Positions 8,807 to 18,570 of a DNA stretch of 53,987 nucleotides are shown here, one piece after another. Positions within the stretch are counted from its first letter, which is position 1. Every line of letters begins with the position of its first letter. The position numbers and the translations under genes were made by a program. Origin of the DNA: a bacterium (GTDB taxonomy: Bacteria > Zixibacteria > MSB-5A5 > GN15 > FEB-12). The notes under the pieces are model-generated. The model ran no database searches, was not told where the DNA came from, and saw only the letters and a list, made by a program, of their open reading frames with translations. The stretch spans positions 1 through 53,987 of the forward strand of contig JBDRNJ010000060.1 in the NCBI GenBank assembly GCA_043811375.1, read 5' to 3'.

Positions 8807-10608
8807 TGCTGACTCCGCACCCAGTCCGTCATGTGAGCCTCGAGAATGTTCAGAGGCAGGCAACCATGCCGGAGAAGTTCGTCGTGGAAAGCACGGATAT
8901 CAAACTTCTCCCCCAGTTCCTTTTCAGCTATCGTCCGAAGCTGCTTTATACTTAGTTCGCCAATCTTGTAGGCCAGAGCCTGGCCCGGCCAGACAATGTA
9001 ACGGTCAACTTCCACTTCGATGTCGTGCTCGGTCTTGCTGGAGTTTTGCTGGAAGAAATCAATTGCCTGTTGGCGGCTCCAGCCTTTGGTATGAAGGCCG
9101 ACATCCACGACCAGCCGGATGGCTCGCCACATTTCGTACGTCAACTGGCCGAACCTAGCATACGGATCCTTGTAAAAGCCCATCACATCGCCCAGGCTCT
9201 CGGCATACAGCGCCCAACCCTCACCGTAGGCCGTGTACCAGCCCTGGCGACGGAACTCCGGCAAATCTTCAAGTTCCTGCGCCAGAGCGATCTGAAGATG
9301 GTGACCCGGTACGGCTTCGTGCAGTGTCAACGCCTCCATTTCCCATTTGGGACGCGATTTCAGATCGTAGGTGTTGGCGTAGTAGTAACCGGGGCGTCCG
9401 GCCTGAAGCGATCCCGGTTGGTAGCCGCCGGTGGTCTGAGATTTCTCAGCATACGATGGTACCGCAATCACGCCGTAGGGCAGACGAGGCAGACGACCGA
9501 ACAGCTTGATCAGTTCCGGATCAACACGCTTGGCAATATCACGGTACTCTCGCAACAGATCGTCAGCCCGGTCAAAGAAAAACCGTTCATCTGTACGTAA
9601 AAAATCGCAGAAAGCGGCGAAGCCTCCCTCAAAACCGGTGCCGGCAATTACCTTGTCCATTTCCAGACGAATGCGAGCTACCTCTTTCTGCCCGATAGCA
9701 AATATCTCGTCCGGCGTCAGGTCGGTGGTTGTGTAACGTCGCACCAGAAAGGCGTACCATTCGCTGCCGTCAGGCAGGTCGGACCAGGCCGTCGATTCAC
9801 GACAACCCGGCAGATAAGTCTGTGTCAGGTATTCGTGCAGTAGACGGAAAGCAGGCGCCACCTGGGAGGTGTAGATTTCAGCTGCACGATGACGAATCTG
9901 CTGCTGCAGGCTCTCATCGATTCTTGACGAAAGGCTGCCCAGGAAAGCGAGAGTCGGCGCTTTCTCGGGTTCAGCAACAATCTGATTGGCAACCTGCTGC
10001 GGCACCTCGGTCAGCGTCACCCGGGGTGGCGTGATGGAGGCCTGAAGTCCGGAGTCCATCAGGGCTATCACCTGTTCGATCAGAACCGGCAGCGCCGCCA
10101 GTCGGGCCAGGATATTTTCGCATTGAACCGTTGTTTTGGCGGGCATCATGCTCAAATAACGAGCGACCTCCTGCTGGACACCCGCCATCTGGTTGACCGG
10201 TTGCAACTCAGAGTGAAACCGCTCGGACTCCATTTCTTCGTGTAGATCGCGATCGAACAGGTCATAGCTGAGGCGGTCCTCTCCTGACAATTGCTCGTGG
10301 TCGATTGACTGAAGTACACGTGCTCGCAATCGTCGGTCTTGTCGACGTTGCTCAATCGCTTCAAACGACCAATCGGTCCAGCGGTCGTCGTAGCCGGGAT
10401 GACCGACGCTGGTCGCCCATTCCGGGAAATCAGCCATCAGTTGCTCCCAGGCTATGGCGAAGAAACGGAGCAGGCGGGTCGAGTCACTTTCATGACCGGT
10501 GTTTTCAATCAACTGCTCGTACTGCCGACTAAAACGGCCTTCATCTTTCATATGATCCAAATCTCCCTGTAGAAGAACAGCAGCCAGAATAATTCCAATT
10601 GTGTGCAT
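8803..10608 (-). CDS. DUF885 family protein (putative exported metallopeptidase-like)
   Basis: Short signal-like N-terminus, LTLHEAVPGHHLQIA, AYGEGWALYAE, RAIRLVVDVGLH, EVDRYIVWPGQALAYKIG. Confidence 0.93.
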   Translation of the reverse strand: MHTIGIILAAVLLQGDLDHMKDEGRFSRQYEQLIENTGHESDSTRLLRFFAIAWEQLMADFPEWATSVGHPGYDDRWTDWSFEAIEQRRQDRRLRARVLQSIDHEQLSGEDRLSYDLFDRDLHEEMESERFHSELQPVNQMAGVQQEVARYLSMMPAKTTVQCENILARLAALPVLIEQVIALMDSGLQASITPPRVTLTEVPQQVANQIVAEPEKAPTLAFLGSLSSRIDESLQQQIRHRAAEIYTSQVAPAFRLLHEYLTQTYLPGCRESTAWSDLPDGSEWYAFLVRRYTTTDLTPDEIFAIGQKEVARIRLEMDKVIAGTGFEGGFAAFCDFLRTDERFFFDRADDLLREYRDIAKRVDPELIKLFGRLPRLPYGVIAVPSYAEKSQTTGGYQPGSLQAGRPGYYYANTYDLKSRPKWEMEALTLHEAVPGHHLQIALAQELEDLPEFRRQGWYTAYGEGWALYAESLGDVMGFYKDPYARFGQLTYEMWRAIRLVVDVGLHTKGWSRQQAIDFFQQNSSKTEHDIEVEVDRYIVWPGQALAYKIGELSIKQLRTIAEKELGEKFDIRAFHDELLRHGCLPLNILEAHMTDWVRSQQ

Positions 10609-10653
10609 AGTTTCTCACCCGGTTCGACAGCATTCAATCCCGCACAAGGACGA

Positions 10654-11490
10654 CTAATCCCTGACAAACCAGGACAGTTCTTTCCGTTTTGGGCACGACG
10701 GCAACGGTCGTCGGGGATAACCCAGCGGCGTCACGGTAGCCACATAGTGATGCACCGGTATCCCCAACTTTTCCTTGACGTCCTCTCTGTCCATAGCGGC
10801 AATCCAGCAGGTGCCCAATCCGTAGTGCCAGGCCGCCAGCATGAAATGGTAAGCGGCGATGCATCCGTCCTGAACATACCGTTTCGATACTTCCGGGTCA
10901 GAGCAGATTGCAACCACCAACGGTGCCCGGCCTATGGGGTTGCTGCTTTTGTCTCGCACCCCGGCAAGCCGGACGATAGTTTCTTTATCCCTGATAACTT
11001 TGAAATAATACGACTGGGTGTTCCGGGAGGTCGGCGCAAAGCGGCAGTTGTCCAGAACCAGGTTGAGAACGTCATCGGTTACTTCTTTCGATTCAAAGGC
11101 GCGCACGCTGCGTCTGGTCAACAGTAATTCATCGCCGCCAAAATACTTGTCAACGGGATGCTGGAAATGCTGAAACTCCAGCCGCCTTCCCTCGGGATCA
11201 CGCGCAAAGAACTGATAAATGTCGTACTTCTCATTCTTCGTGGGAGTCGTATCGGCAATGTCCTTCAGTGCCTCATACCTGCGGTCAACCTCCTCGGATG
11301 TCTCGTAAAAAAAGGTGACCATGCCGCCGGTGTCGGGTTCGTCACGCCGACAGAGACCAAACAGCAGGTTGCCGTGCTGTAAGATTACACAGTCGGCCTG
11401 CTCTAACCACACCCGGCAACCGATCCGCTCCACGTAAAAACGTTTCAGTTGCTGAAGCATCACTGTTCCGGAGAAATAAATGCCGCTCAT
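10654..11490 (-). CDS. VOC/glyoxalase-like domain fused to a nitroreductase domain
   Basis: The N-half has RFYVERIG..YQFFARDPEGRRLEFQ (VOC). The C-half has RRSVRAF, APTSRNTQ and LAAWHYGLGTCWI (nitroreductase). Confidence 0.88.
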   Translation of the reverse strand: MSGIYFSGTVMLQQLKRFYVERIGCRVWLEQADCVILQHGNLLFGLCRRDEPDTGGMVTFFYETSEEVDRRYEALKDIADTTPTKNEKYDIYQFFARDPEGRRLEFQHFQHPVDKYFGGDELLLTRRSVRAFESKEVTDDVLNLVLDNCRFAPTSRNTQSYYFKVIRDKETIVRLAGVRDKSSNPIGRAPLVVAICSDPEVSKRYVQDGCIAAYHFMLAAWHYGLGTCWIAAMDREDVKEKLGIPVHHYVATVTPLGYPRRPLPSCPKRKELSWFVRD

Positions 11491-11539
11491 AAGCTGTATC
11501 CGCTTATTACTATGCTATGGTTCAATTGATCACCCGTCT

Positions 11540-13717
11540 TCAGAGTGCCGGCTCACATTGCATATCGAACACCTTAAACAGAAAGGCGAACTTGTCGGAC
11601 AATTCCTCAATGATTTTCTCCGTCGGTTTGCCGCCGCCATGCCCGGCTTTGGTTTCGATTCTGATCAGAATCGGGTTAGCGCCGCTGTCGGCCGCCTGCA
11701 GTGTGGCTACGAACTTCTTGGAGTGGGCCGGGGCGACGCGGTCATCGGTGTCGGCGGTGGTTACCAGAATGGGCGGGTAGCTGGTCCCGGCCTTGATGTT
11801 GTGCAGCGGCGAATAGGCGTACATGAATTTGAAATGCTCCGGGTCGGTCTCGGCGTTGCCGTACTCGCCGGTCCAGTATCGACCGACTGTGTATTTGTGG
11901 TAGCGCAGCATATCGATAACCGGCACCCCGCACAGCACCGCTCCGAACAGGTCGGGGCGTTGCACCATGCAGGCGGCCACCAGCAATCCGCCGTTGCTGC
12001 CGCCTTGTATAGCCAGTTTCGGTGTGCTGGTGTACTTGTTTTCAATCAGCCACTCAGCCACTGCGATAAAATCATCGAAGACGTTCTGTTTGTTTTCCAG
12101 CATACCGGCCTGGTGCCACTTTTCGCCGTACTCGTTGCCGCCGCGCAAGCAGGCCACCGCCAGCACACCGCCCTGTTCCATCCAGAGACTGTAGGTGAGT
12201 GAGAAATACGGCCTCTCGCTGATCTGAAACCCGCCGTAACCGTTCAGAATCGTCGGGTTATTGCCGTTAAGCGGCATATCTTTCCGGTGTGTCAGGAATA
12301 CCGGCACCTGTGTACCGTCTTTGGAAGTACAGAAAATCTGACTGGTTTCGAACTGCGACGGGTCGAAGTCAACTTCGGACTTTCTCAGCAGAGTCATTTC
12401 ACCGGTGGCAAAATCATAACGGAAGTGGCTGGTGGGGTAGAGAAACGACTTGAAGCCGATCAGCAACTCAGTGTCGTCCGGCTGTCCCGAAAGACCGGCC
12501 AGCGAACCCAGGGTGGGCAACTCGATATCCCTGACAAAACCTCCCTTCAGATCATACAGCTTCAGCAGGTGATAGGCATCGTGCGAATAGGCCGCCACCA
12601 GGTGGTTGTTGACCACCCTGACACTGGAGAGAACGTCGTCCTGCTGGGGCATGATCTCGTCCCAGTGCGCCCGGTCGGGTTGCTTGATATCGATAGCGAT
12701 AATACGCCCCCGGGGAGCATCCAGATCGGTCTTGAAATAGAAGCGGGTACCGACATTGTGGATGAAATGGTAACCGGCATCGGCTTCATCCAGTAACCGG
12801 ACGAAATCACCCCGGTTGTCCACTTCCCGGTAGTAGATGCGGTTTTCGCGGTCGGTGCCGTGCCAGATATGCAGCAGCAAATACTTGCCATCGTAAGTGA
12901 TTTTTGGGGATAAATCCAACTCTTTGTCGTCGGGATGTTCATAGATCAATTGGTCCTGTAACTGCGGTGTGCCCAGGGTGTGCCGGTAGAGGCGGTTGTA
13001 GTTGTAGTAGTCCTCCGGCGCCACGGTGGTGGTGTCCGGGTAGCGGTTATAGTAAAACCCGCTGTTGTCGTGTTTCCAGGCCACGCCGGTGAACTTGCAC
13101 CAATGGAGGACCTCATCATAATCCTCGCCGGTGTCCAGGTTGCACACGTGGTATTCCTGCCAGTCACTGCCTCTTTCGGAAAGCGCATAAGCCAGCAACG
13201 TGCCGTCTTTACTAAATGCGGTGGAACTCACGGCAATAGTGCCGTCCTCACTGAATCCATTGGGGTCGAGTATAACATCCAGTTCGGAGTCGAGTGTTTT
13301 CTGCATATACCAGACATACTGAGCCTGCAAGCCCTCATTTTTCAGGAAGAAGTAACGATTGCCCTTCTTGTAGGGCAGGGAATAGCGCGGATAGTCCCAG
13401 CGATCGGTCAGTAGTTGTTTGAATGTCTGCCGCTGTGGAGTATTGAGGAAATCCGCCGTCAGCATGTTCTGCGCCGTTACCCAGTCCACTACCTCATCCG
13501 AGTCAGCGTCTTCCATCCAGCGATAAGGGTCGGCTACGACGGTGCCGTGATAATTGTCGGTCACGTCACCCTGCCGGGCCGGCGGATAAGTATAGTCTCC
13601 GCCCGCGCTCTGTTGGTCGGTGTTTGAGCAACCCGAAAAACTCAACACTGTTGCGGTCAGAATCGCAAGTAGTACTGTCAGGGCAGTAACGGTCGAGTGT
13701 CGACTACTAAGAAACAT
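11540..13717 (-). CDS. Prolyl oligopeptidase (S9A), probable lipoprotein
   Basis: DPYRWME, GGSNGGLL (Ser), DDRV (Asp), AGHGGG (His). Lipobox-like LSFSGC. ATG 13717 follows an AGGAGA RBS. Confidence 0.96.
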   Translation of the reverse strand: MFLSSRHSTVTALTVLLAILTATVLSFSGCSNTDQQSAGGDYTYPPARQGDVTDNYHGTVVADPYRWMEDADSDEVVDWVTAQNMLTADFLNTPQRQTFKQLLTDRWDYPRYSLPYKKGNRYFFLKNEGLQAQYVWYMQKTLDSELDVILDPNGFSEDGTIAVSSTAFSKDGTLLAYALSERGSDWQEYHVCNLDTGEDYDEVLHWCKFTGVAWKHDNSGFYYNRYPDTTTVAPEDYYNYNRLYRHTLGTPQLQDQLIYEHPDDKELDLSPKITYDGKYLLLHIWHGTDRENRIYYREVDNRGDFVRLLDEADAGYHFIHNVGTRFYFKTDLDAPRGRIIAIDIKQPDRAHWDEIMPQQDDVLSSVRVVNNHLVAAYSHDAYHLLKLYDLKGGFVRDIELPTLGSLAGLSGQPDDTELLIGFKSFLYPTSHFRYDFATGEMTLLRKSEVDFDPSQFETSQIFCTSKDGTQVPVFLTHRKDMPLNGNNPTILNGYGGFQISERPYFSLTYSLWMEQGGVLAVACLRGGNEYGEKWHQAGMLENKQNVFDDFIAVAEWLIENKYTSTPKLAIQGGSNGGLLVAACMVQRPDLFGAVLCGVPVIDMLRYHKYTVGRYWTGEYGNAETDPEHFKFMYAYSPLHNIKAGTSYPPILVTTADTDDRVAPAHSKKFVATLQAADSGANPILIRIETKAGHGGGKPTEKIIEELSDKFAFLFKVFDMQCEPAL

Positions 13718-13923
13718 CGCTTCGTCTCCTGTTGTTGGGTATGTATCTTTTGATTTTCTCTTCGGGCATCCGGCTGCCTGCAATCCGCCGGTGTTTCAAA
13801 ACGGAGCCGGTGGCAGGTAAAATCACCCGGAAGTAGAGCATCGTTCAATTTAGGATATTACCCAACCTTTGTCAATCGCGCCCCCGAATCCTGGCGGTGT
13901 CCTAATTAGAATGGAGTCAGCTA

Positions 13924-14178
13924 GTGAAACTTGTACTGATTGAGTGGCTTGATTCCCATAGCGGGAGAGGCTGGTAAGATATAGATAATATACAATCAAC
14001 CTGTGAGCCGCTTCACTGCCGGTCTGTCGGGTGGTTAGTATCAGAAACCAAAGAGTCTAAGACTATTGTGCCCCATATATCCGGAGAAAAAAACGGTGAG
14101 ATAGTGCTTCAGGGGTGTGGCGATATCACCATACCCCTGAAAGCGATTGCCAAGACAATTATGCTAAGGAAGAGTTAA
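13924..14178 (+). pseudogene. Small phage-like hypothetical protein gene with one nonsense codon
   Basis: GGAG RBS, then GTG: MKLVLIEWLDSHSGRGW*DIDN..CRSVGWLVSETK..GDITIPLKAIAK..*. A single TAA at 13975-13977 interrupts an 85-codon frame. The EWxDS..GW..CxSVGWL..IP pattern is recalled from small phage proteins. Confidence 0.65.
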
Positions 14179-14313
14179 CTACTTCTTCTTCCGCTTTTTG
14201 GGCGGCGGGATAGTCTCGACCACCGTTGTGTTCGGTCGACGCCTGGCATCCTTTATAGGAATAAACCTGCCTGTTCTGGCGTCCCGACCACGTTTGTCTG
14301 GCTTGTTTGCCAC
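14179..14313 (-). CDS. 44-aa basic small protein (GRDARTGRFIPIKDARRRPNTTVVETI type)
   Basis: GGAGG RBS, GTG start, MANKPDKRGRDARTGRFIPIKDARRRPNTTVVETIPPPKKRKKK*. Below the ORF-track size cutoff. The motif is recognisable from small mobile-element proteins. Confidence 0.8.
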   Translation of the reverse strand: MANKPDKRGRDARTGRFIPIKDARRRPNTTVVETIPPPKKRKKK

Positions 14314-14374
14314 TTTTGATTCCTCCATGAATCAATGTTGAAGGTTTCTGCTGTTTTACATTATCATTGAGCCA

Positions 14375-14680
14375 TCAATCACCCCCTCTCGTTTCAACTT
14401 CGGATAACAAGCGCCTGAGAGACCAAATGCCCCCCTGCTCAGTTAGTCGGCGCTGCTTCTTTCCGACTGTGCCGTGAATCTCGTCAAGCTGGATATGACG
14501 TAGAGTTAAGCCAGTCAATTCTTGGGCCATTAACTTTTCACAATCAGAGCCGACTCGGACCATCAGGCGGAGAATTGTATCTCGGTGGACCCCAACAATA
14601 CGCTCTGTGGCCGGGACTGAGTTTCCATTGACCAGACAGCGAATCACCGCCTCCTGTTTTTCCGGCTTCAACTTATTCAT
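14375..14680 (-). pseudogene. Truncated IS1-family transposase (N-terminal HTH and first Asp of DDE)
   Basis: MNKLKPEKQEAVIRCLVNGNSV.ATERIVGVHRDTILRL...IQLDEIH..VGKKQ. Similarity is lost after about 90 aa and the rest of the DDE domain is missing. Confidence 0.8.
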
Positions 14681-14971
14681 TGACAAAACCTTCCTTCCGA
14701 TATATATTGATATGGAGCAAGGGGGATTCAAACCCCCCAGAATCAGGTGTAAATCCTGTTCTGGGCATCCTGCCTTGCCCCAGATTTACCGCCCCCGATG
14801 CTTGTCGGGGGCTCTTTATTATCCTCTTCACATCTCTATATACGGTTTTTTGAGGGTTTGTCAATAGCTGAGGCATAAAAAAACCAATATATTTTCAGTT
14901 TTATGGCTTTTTAGTTGTTGACAGAATCTACTTAGTGAACTAAATTGCAAGCAAATAAATGGAGGTTAGAT

Positions 14972-15778
14972 ATGAGTACCGGCTCGGGAACTGAAGAGAA
15001 GAAACAGAAAAGGTCCAAACATCGCAGCCCGAATTATCCTGCAATAGGGCTTGAGCGTGCACTTGAGTTGGCGAGAAAGCAGCACGATGTGGACGGGGCC
15101 CAGAAAATACCTATTAGGATTGCCCATGAGAGGTGGGGTTACAAGCCCGGGGGGAGTCCTGGGGATTTGATGTTGGCAGCCCTGAAGGCATACGGCCTGA
15201 CTGAAGTTGAGGGCAGCGGAGAAAAGCGCCGAGTTGCGTTGACCGAATTGGCCCGGAAGATATTTTTAGACCATCCTGATCGGGCCAAGATCATACAGGA
15301 TATAGCTCTGGCCCCCAACGCACATCGGGAAATCTGGGATCACTTCGGTGGGGACCTTCCGAGAGATGACGTTCTGAAAGACTATCTAATATGGGAACTG
15401 AAGTTCAACGATAAGTCTGTTGATAGTTTTATTTCTCAATTCCGGGGCACTATTTCCTTTGCTAAACTGGATAAAAGCGATATATTGCCAATTGAAACAG
15501 AGAGCCACGGAGGAAGTGGTTCGCCAGAGCCTCAAACCTCTAACTCTTTTGGTGAGCAAATGAACGCTGTTGTCGCGCCGAAACCAGTCAGTGCCCTTGT
15601 AAGCACGACAGGCCCAAAAGTCTTGGTTACTCGTGACTTTTCCATTCCCCGCAAGGCTGGGCGCTTGGCTATATTGCGCTTAGAGTATCCTATTTCAAGC
15701 CAAGATATTGACCAGATTAGAAGTTGGTTAGACCTTATGGGGAATACAATTTCCGACGATGAGGAGTTAAGCGATTGA
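14972..15778 (+). CDS. Hypothetical passenger protein, possibly with an N-terminal winged-helix
   Basis: GGAGG RBS before ATG 14972. RSPNYPAIGLERALE...LAALKAYGL...LTELA pattern. Low GC, inside the element. Confidence 0.75.
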   Translation: MSTGSGTEEKKQKRSKHRSPNYPAIGLERALELARKQHDVDGAQKIPIRIAHERWGYKPGGSPGDLMLAALKAYGLTEVEGSGEKRRVALTELARKIFLDHPDRAKIIQDIALAPNAHREIWDHFGGDLPRDDVLKDYLIWELKFNDKSVDSFISQFRGTISFAKLDKSDILPIETESHGGSGSPEPQTSNSFGEQMNAVVAPKPVSALVSTTGPKVLVTRDFSIPRKAGRLAILRLEYPISSQDIDQIRSWLDLMGNTISDDEELSD

Positions 15779-15791
15779 CCAGATAGCTGAG

Positions 15792-16073
15792 GTGCAGTTG
15801 AGGCAAACAGTTGAGGGATTGCACAACTGCCGTGCCACATTCAAAAAAGCGATTCGGGTCGTAGAGACTTTTGAAGGACACATTGTCTGGGACGGTATTG
15901 TTGCCGTCTTTAATGTCGAAGACCACCCAGTTGCTTCTATCTGCTATGCTTGGTCGTCACCGATTGAAGATTCAGAGAAGCGACGGTTCTATGCCGTGCT
16001 TCACTTGCCACCCGTAGAATCACCGGAAGATGCGGTGAGGGCGTCTATCGTGAGAGACCATAAACCCAAATAG
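15792..16073 (+). CDS. Conserved hypothetical passenger protein
   Basis: LHNC.ATF..VVETFEG.IVWDGIVAVF..HP.A..CYAWS..RFYAVLH.PPV.SP..AVRA, a family I recall beside IS1-type transposases. An in-frame ATT at 15774 after GAGGAG may be the true start. Confidence 0.78.
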   Translation: MQLRQTVEGLHNCRATFKKAIRVVETFEGHIVWDGIVAVFNVEDHPVASICYAWSSPIEDSEKRRFYAVLHLPPVESPEDAVRASIVRDHKPK

Positions 16074-16089
16074 CCAAGGGGGGAATGTC

Positions 16090-16347
16090 GTGCCGCAGTT
16101 TCATGTTGAAATCACCTATGTTCTAACTGATGTATCGTGGTCGGAGGAAAAAGCTGGCTTGTTCGATCGGCCCCTTGATCCCGACAATCAGCATGATTCC
16201 CATCGAGTTTATACTACTCTACTTAACGCTCGTAATGATCGTGACGCTATCAAGAAGGCAATTGCAGGGAGACGCGAGGCCCAACCAGAAAAACGCATCT
16301 ATGACTATAACGTTGTGGGTTCCGTCGCTCAACGTTATCCGGGCTGA
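16090..16347 (+). CDS. Hypothetical passenger protein
   Basis: 85-aa ORF after an AGGGGGGA RBS, ending 3 bp before the right inverted repeat. Confidence 0.6.
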   Translation: MPQFHVEITYVLTDVSWSEEKAGLFDRPLDPDNQHDSHRVYTTLLNARNDRDAIKKAIAGRREAQPEKRIYDYNVVGSVAQRYPG

Positions 16348-16382
16348 CATTTCTAATTAGGACACCGCCCGAATCCCCGCTA

Positions 16383-16409
16383 GTCGGAACCACAGGGGTT
16401 CCGACTTAC
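16383..16409. repeat. GTAG-type REP-like palindrome
   Basis: GTCGGAACC-ACAGG-GGTTCCGAC followed by TTAC. Same family as 539-565. Confidence 0.65.
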
Positions 16410-16422
16410 TTTGACCTTCGTA

Positions 16423-18570
16423 TTATATGCGACCGTTTCTGTAGAAAAAGCGGTCACCACGGTTTTCGGCGCAGGCGGCTTGTGTCGAGGCACCGGCTGA
16501 TTCGACTTTCTCAGCGAAGCGCCGGTAGACCAGTTCGCGGTCGAGCCCGTGGGTGGGAAACCAGACCTTGGGCGTCAGCTTGTCGAGCGTGTAAAGAGTG
16601 CCTTCCAACAGGGCGAGTGTATCCTGGTGATGGCAACCGGTAACGTTGAGAAACACCAGATCAATACCGGTGGTCCGTTCTGCCAGAAAGTCTATCTCCG
16701 CCATGAACGCCTCCCGCTCATTTTCCCGCCAGCCGCCATGGTCACCGGCATGGTAGATGGCCAGGCCGTCGACTTCGACCAGAAAGCCAACCCCGGCATC
16801 ATTGGACTCAAGGGTGGTAACTTGTATATTGCCCAGGCTGATCTGCTGGCGCGGACCGACATACTGATAGTCAGGGCCGGTATACCTGGAGTCCTGGTAT
16901 TCCGCAAGTTCTTCGGGACGGAAACCGTAGACGTAGGTGAGATTCTCAACCTGCTCGCGCCAGGGGAATATGACGGTGTCAAAGTGGTCGCGGTGCTCGT
17001 GAGAGACAAAGACACAGAAATTCTGACCGGCGATCTCGGCGGGGTCAATGTGCCCGTTGGCCAGCGTCGGCGAGCCGGGGTCTTTGCCGGTGTTGTAGTA
17101 GTCGAACACCAGTAGATGGCCGGCGGTCCTGACAGCGAAACCGCAATGCCCCAGATACCAGATGACAGCTTCGCCATCTTCAAGAGTGCAATTCAGTATT
17201 CCGGAGGGATTATGTTTCTCTTCCAGATCGGCGGAGGTGGCACCCCGATTGCTCAACAACCGGGCCACTTCCAGGTGACCATACTTCCCGGCGTAATACA
17301 GCGACGTATAACCGGCGTCATCGACGGCATTGACCGAGGCCGAACCGGCCAGCAATAATTCGGCGGCCGCGGCGTTGCCTTTTATAGCTGCCCAATGGAG
17401 AGCCGTGCGGCCATAGTCCTGGTCCTCCAGATCAGGCCGAGCGGAGTTCTGAAGCAGCAACCGGGCAATCTCATCCTCTCCCCGGATCACTGCCGACCGG
17501 AGTGGGGTGTTACCCCTTGTGTCGGTGGCGTTTACGTCGGCACCGTTCTCGATAAACAGCCGGGCGACCTCTCTGTTGCCGCCGTTTATCACGAAGTGCA
17601 ACGGCGTCACGCCGTTTTCGTTCAGCGCATTGACATCGGCTCCCTTGGCAATCAGGTGCTTGGCCACGTCAAAGTGACCCCCAAGGGCGGCCATCATCAA
17701 ACAGGAGAATCCGTTTGAGGTGGCGTTGTTGGGATCGGCGCCGGCGGCCACCAGCATCCGGCTCACGGCCTCTTCCCCATTTTCAACGGCGACGAACAAA
17801 GCTGATCGACCCTGGTCATCGGTGGCACCGACTTGAGCGCCGCGTGCCAACAGCAAGCGTACGGCGGCGGTGTCGCCTCGTCGGGCGGAATTGTGCAGTG
17901 GCGTCCAGCCTTCGGCCGCTACCCCATTTGCACTCACACCGTTGTCCAACAGGAATTGCAGCGTGGCGATATTGCTGGCATAAGTTGCCCAGGAAATCGG
18001 TGCGGCGCTGTCTCGGACGCAGGGCTGATTCAGATCTACACCGTGCGCCAGTAACAGGGCCATGGTTTCGGCGTTGCCCCGGGAACAGGTCCAATGGATA
18101 ACCGTGCCGCCCCAACTGCTGTCGCTGTCATTCAGGTCGGCACCGGCATCGAGCAGAACTCTTACAGCCTCAGTATGGCCGCGGTAGCCGGCGTACATCA
18201 ACGGCGTGAAACCACTGCTGCTACGGACATTAATATTGATGTCCTGTTTCAGAAAAAAACTGACCAATGGTTCGTGGCCAAAATAGGCGGCCAGATGCAA
18301 CGCGGTGCTGCCACGGTTGTTGGTAACCATGATATCGGCACCCCTGTCCAACAGCAATTCCACTAACTCCAGTTGTCCTTCCGAGGCGGCCGTCAACAAG
18401 GGGGTAGCGCCGCTTTCATCCCGGTCTTCCAGCAGTCGCGGTTGTTCGTTCAACAGCCGGACCACTTCGTCATGGTTGACGGTTTCGACAGCTTCGTGGA
18501 TAGCCCCCGCTGAAACCACCATCGCTGACGTCAACAACACAATCAACAAACACGCTAACATTCTGGCCAT
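16423..18570 (-). CDS. Exported ankyrin-repeat protein with C-terminal MBL-fold metallohydrolase
   Basis: Signal peptide; about a dozen GxTPLHxAA/GADVN ankyrin repeats; then YLGHCGF, SHEHRDH (HxHxDH), YHAGD and PTH. Confidence 0.92.
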   Translation of the reverse strand: MARMLACLLIVLLTSAMVVSAGAIHEAVETVNHDEVVRLLNEQPRLLEDRDESGATPLLTAASEGQLELVELLLDRGADIMVTNNRGSTALHLAAYFGHEPLVSFFLKQDININVRSSSGFTPLMYAGYRGHTEAVRVLLDAGADLNDSDSSWGGTVIHWTCSRGNAETMALLLAHGVDLNQPCVRDSAAPISWATYASNIATLQFLLDNGVSANGVAAEGWTPLHNSARRGDTAAVRLLLARGAQVGATDDQGRSALFVAVENGEEAVSRMLVAAGADPNNATSNGFSCLMMAALGGHFDVAKHLIAKGADVNALNENGVTPLHFVINGGNREVARLFIENGADVNATDTRGNTPLRSAVIRGEDEIARLLLQNSARPDLEDQDYGRTALHWAAIKGNAAAAELLLAGSASVNAVDDAGYTSLYYAGKYGHLEVARLLSNRGATSADLEEKHNPSGILNCTLEDGEAVIWYLGHCGFAVRTAGHLLVFDYYNTGKDPGSPTLANGHIDPAEIAGQNFCVFVSHEHRDHFDTVIFPWREQVENLTYVYGFRPEELAEYQDSRYTGPDYQYVGPRQQISLGNIQVTTLESNDAGVGFLVEVDGLAIYHAGDHGGWRENEREAFMAEIDFLAERTTGIDLVFLNVTGCHHQDTLALLEGTLYTLDKLTPKVWFPTHGLDRELVYRRFAEKVESAGASTQAACAENRGDRFFYRNGRI

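Larger units (their letters stand above)
13893..16369. mobile_element. 2477-bp IS1-family-like non-autonomous cargo element
   Basis: Perfect 19-bp terminal inverted repeats GGCGGTGTCCTAATTAGAA (13893-13911) and TTCTAATTAGGACACCGCC (16351-16369). Flanks CGAATCCT (13885-13892) and CGAATCCC (16370-16377) form a 7/8 target duplication. Lower GC; contains an IS1-type transposase fragment. Confidence 0.88.
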
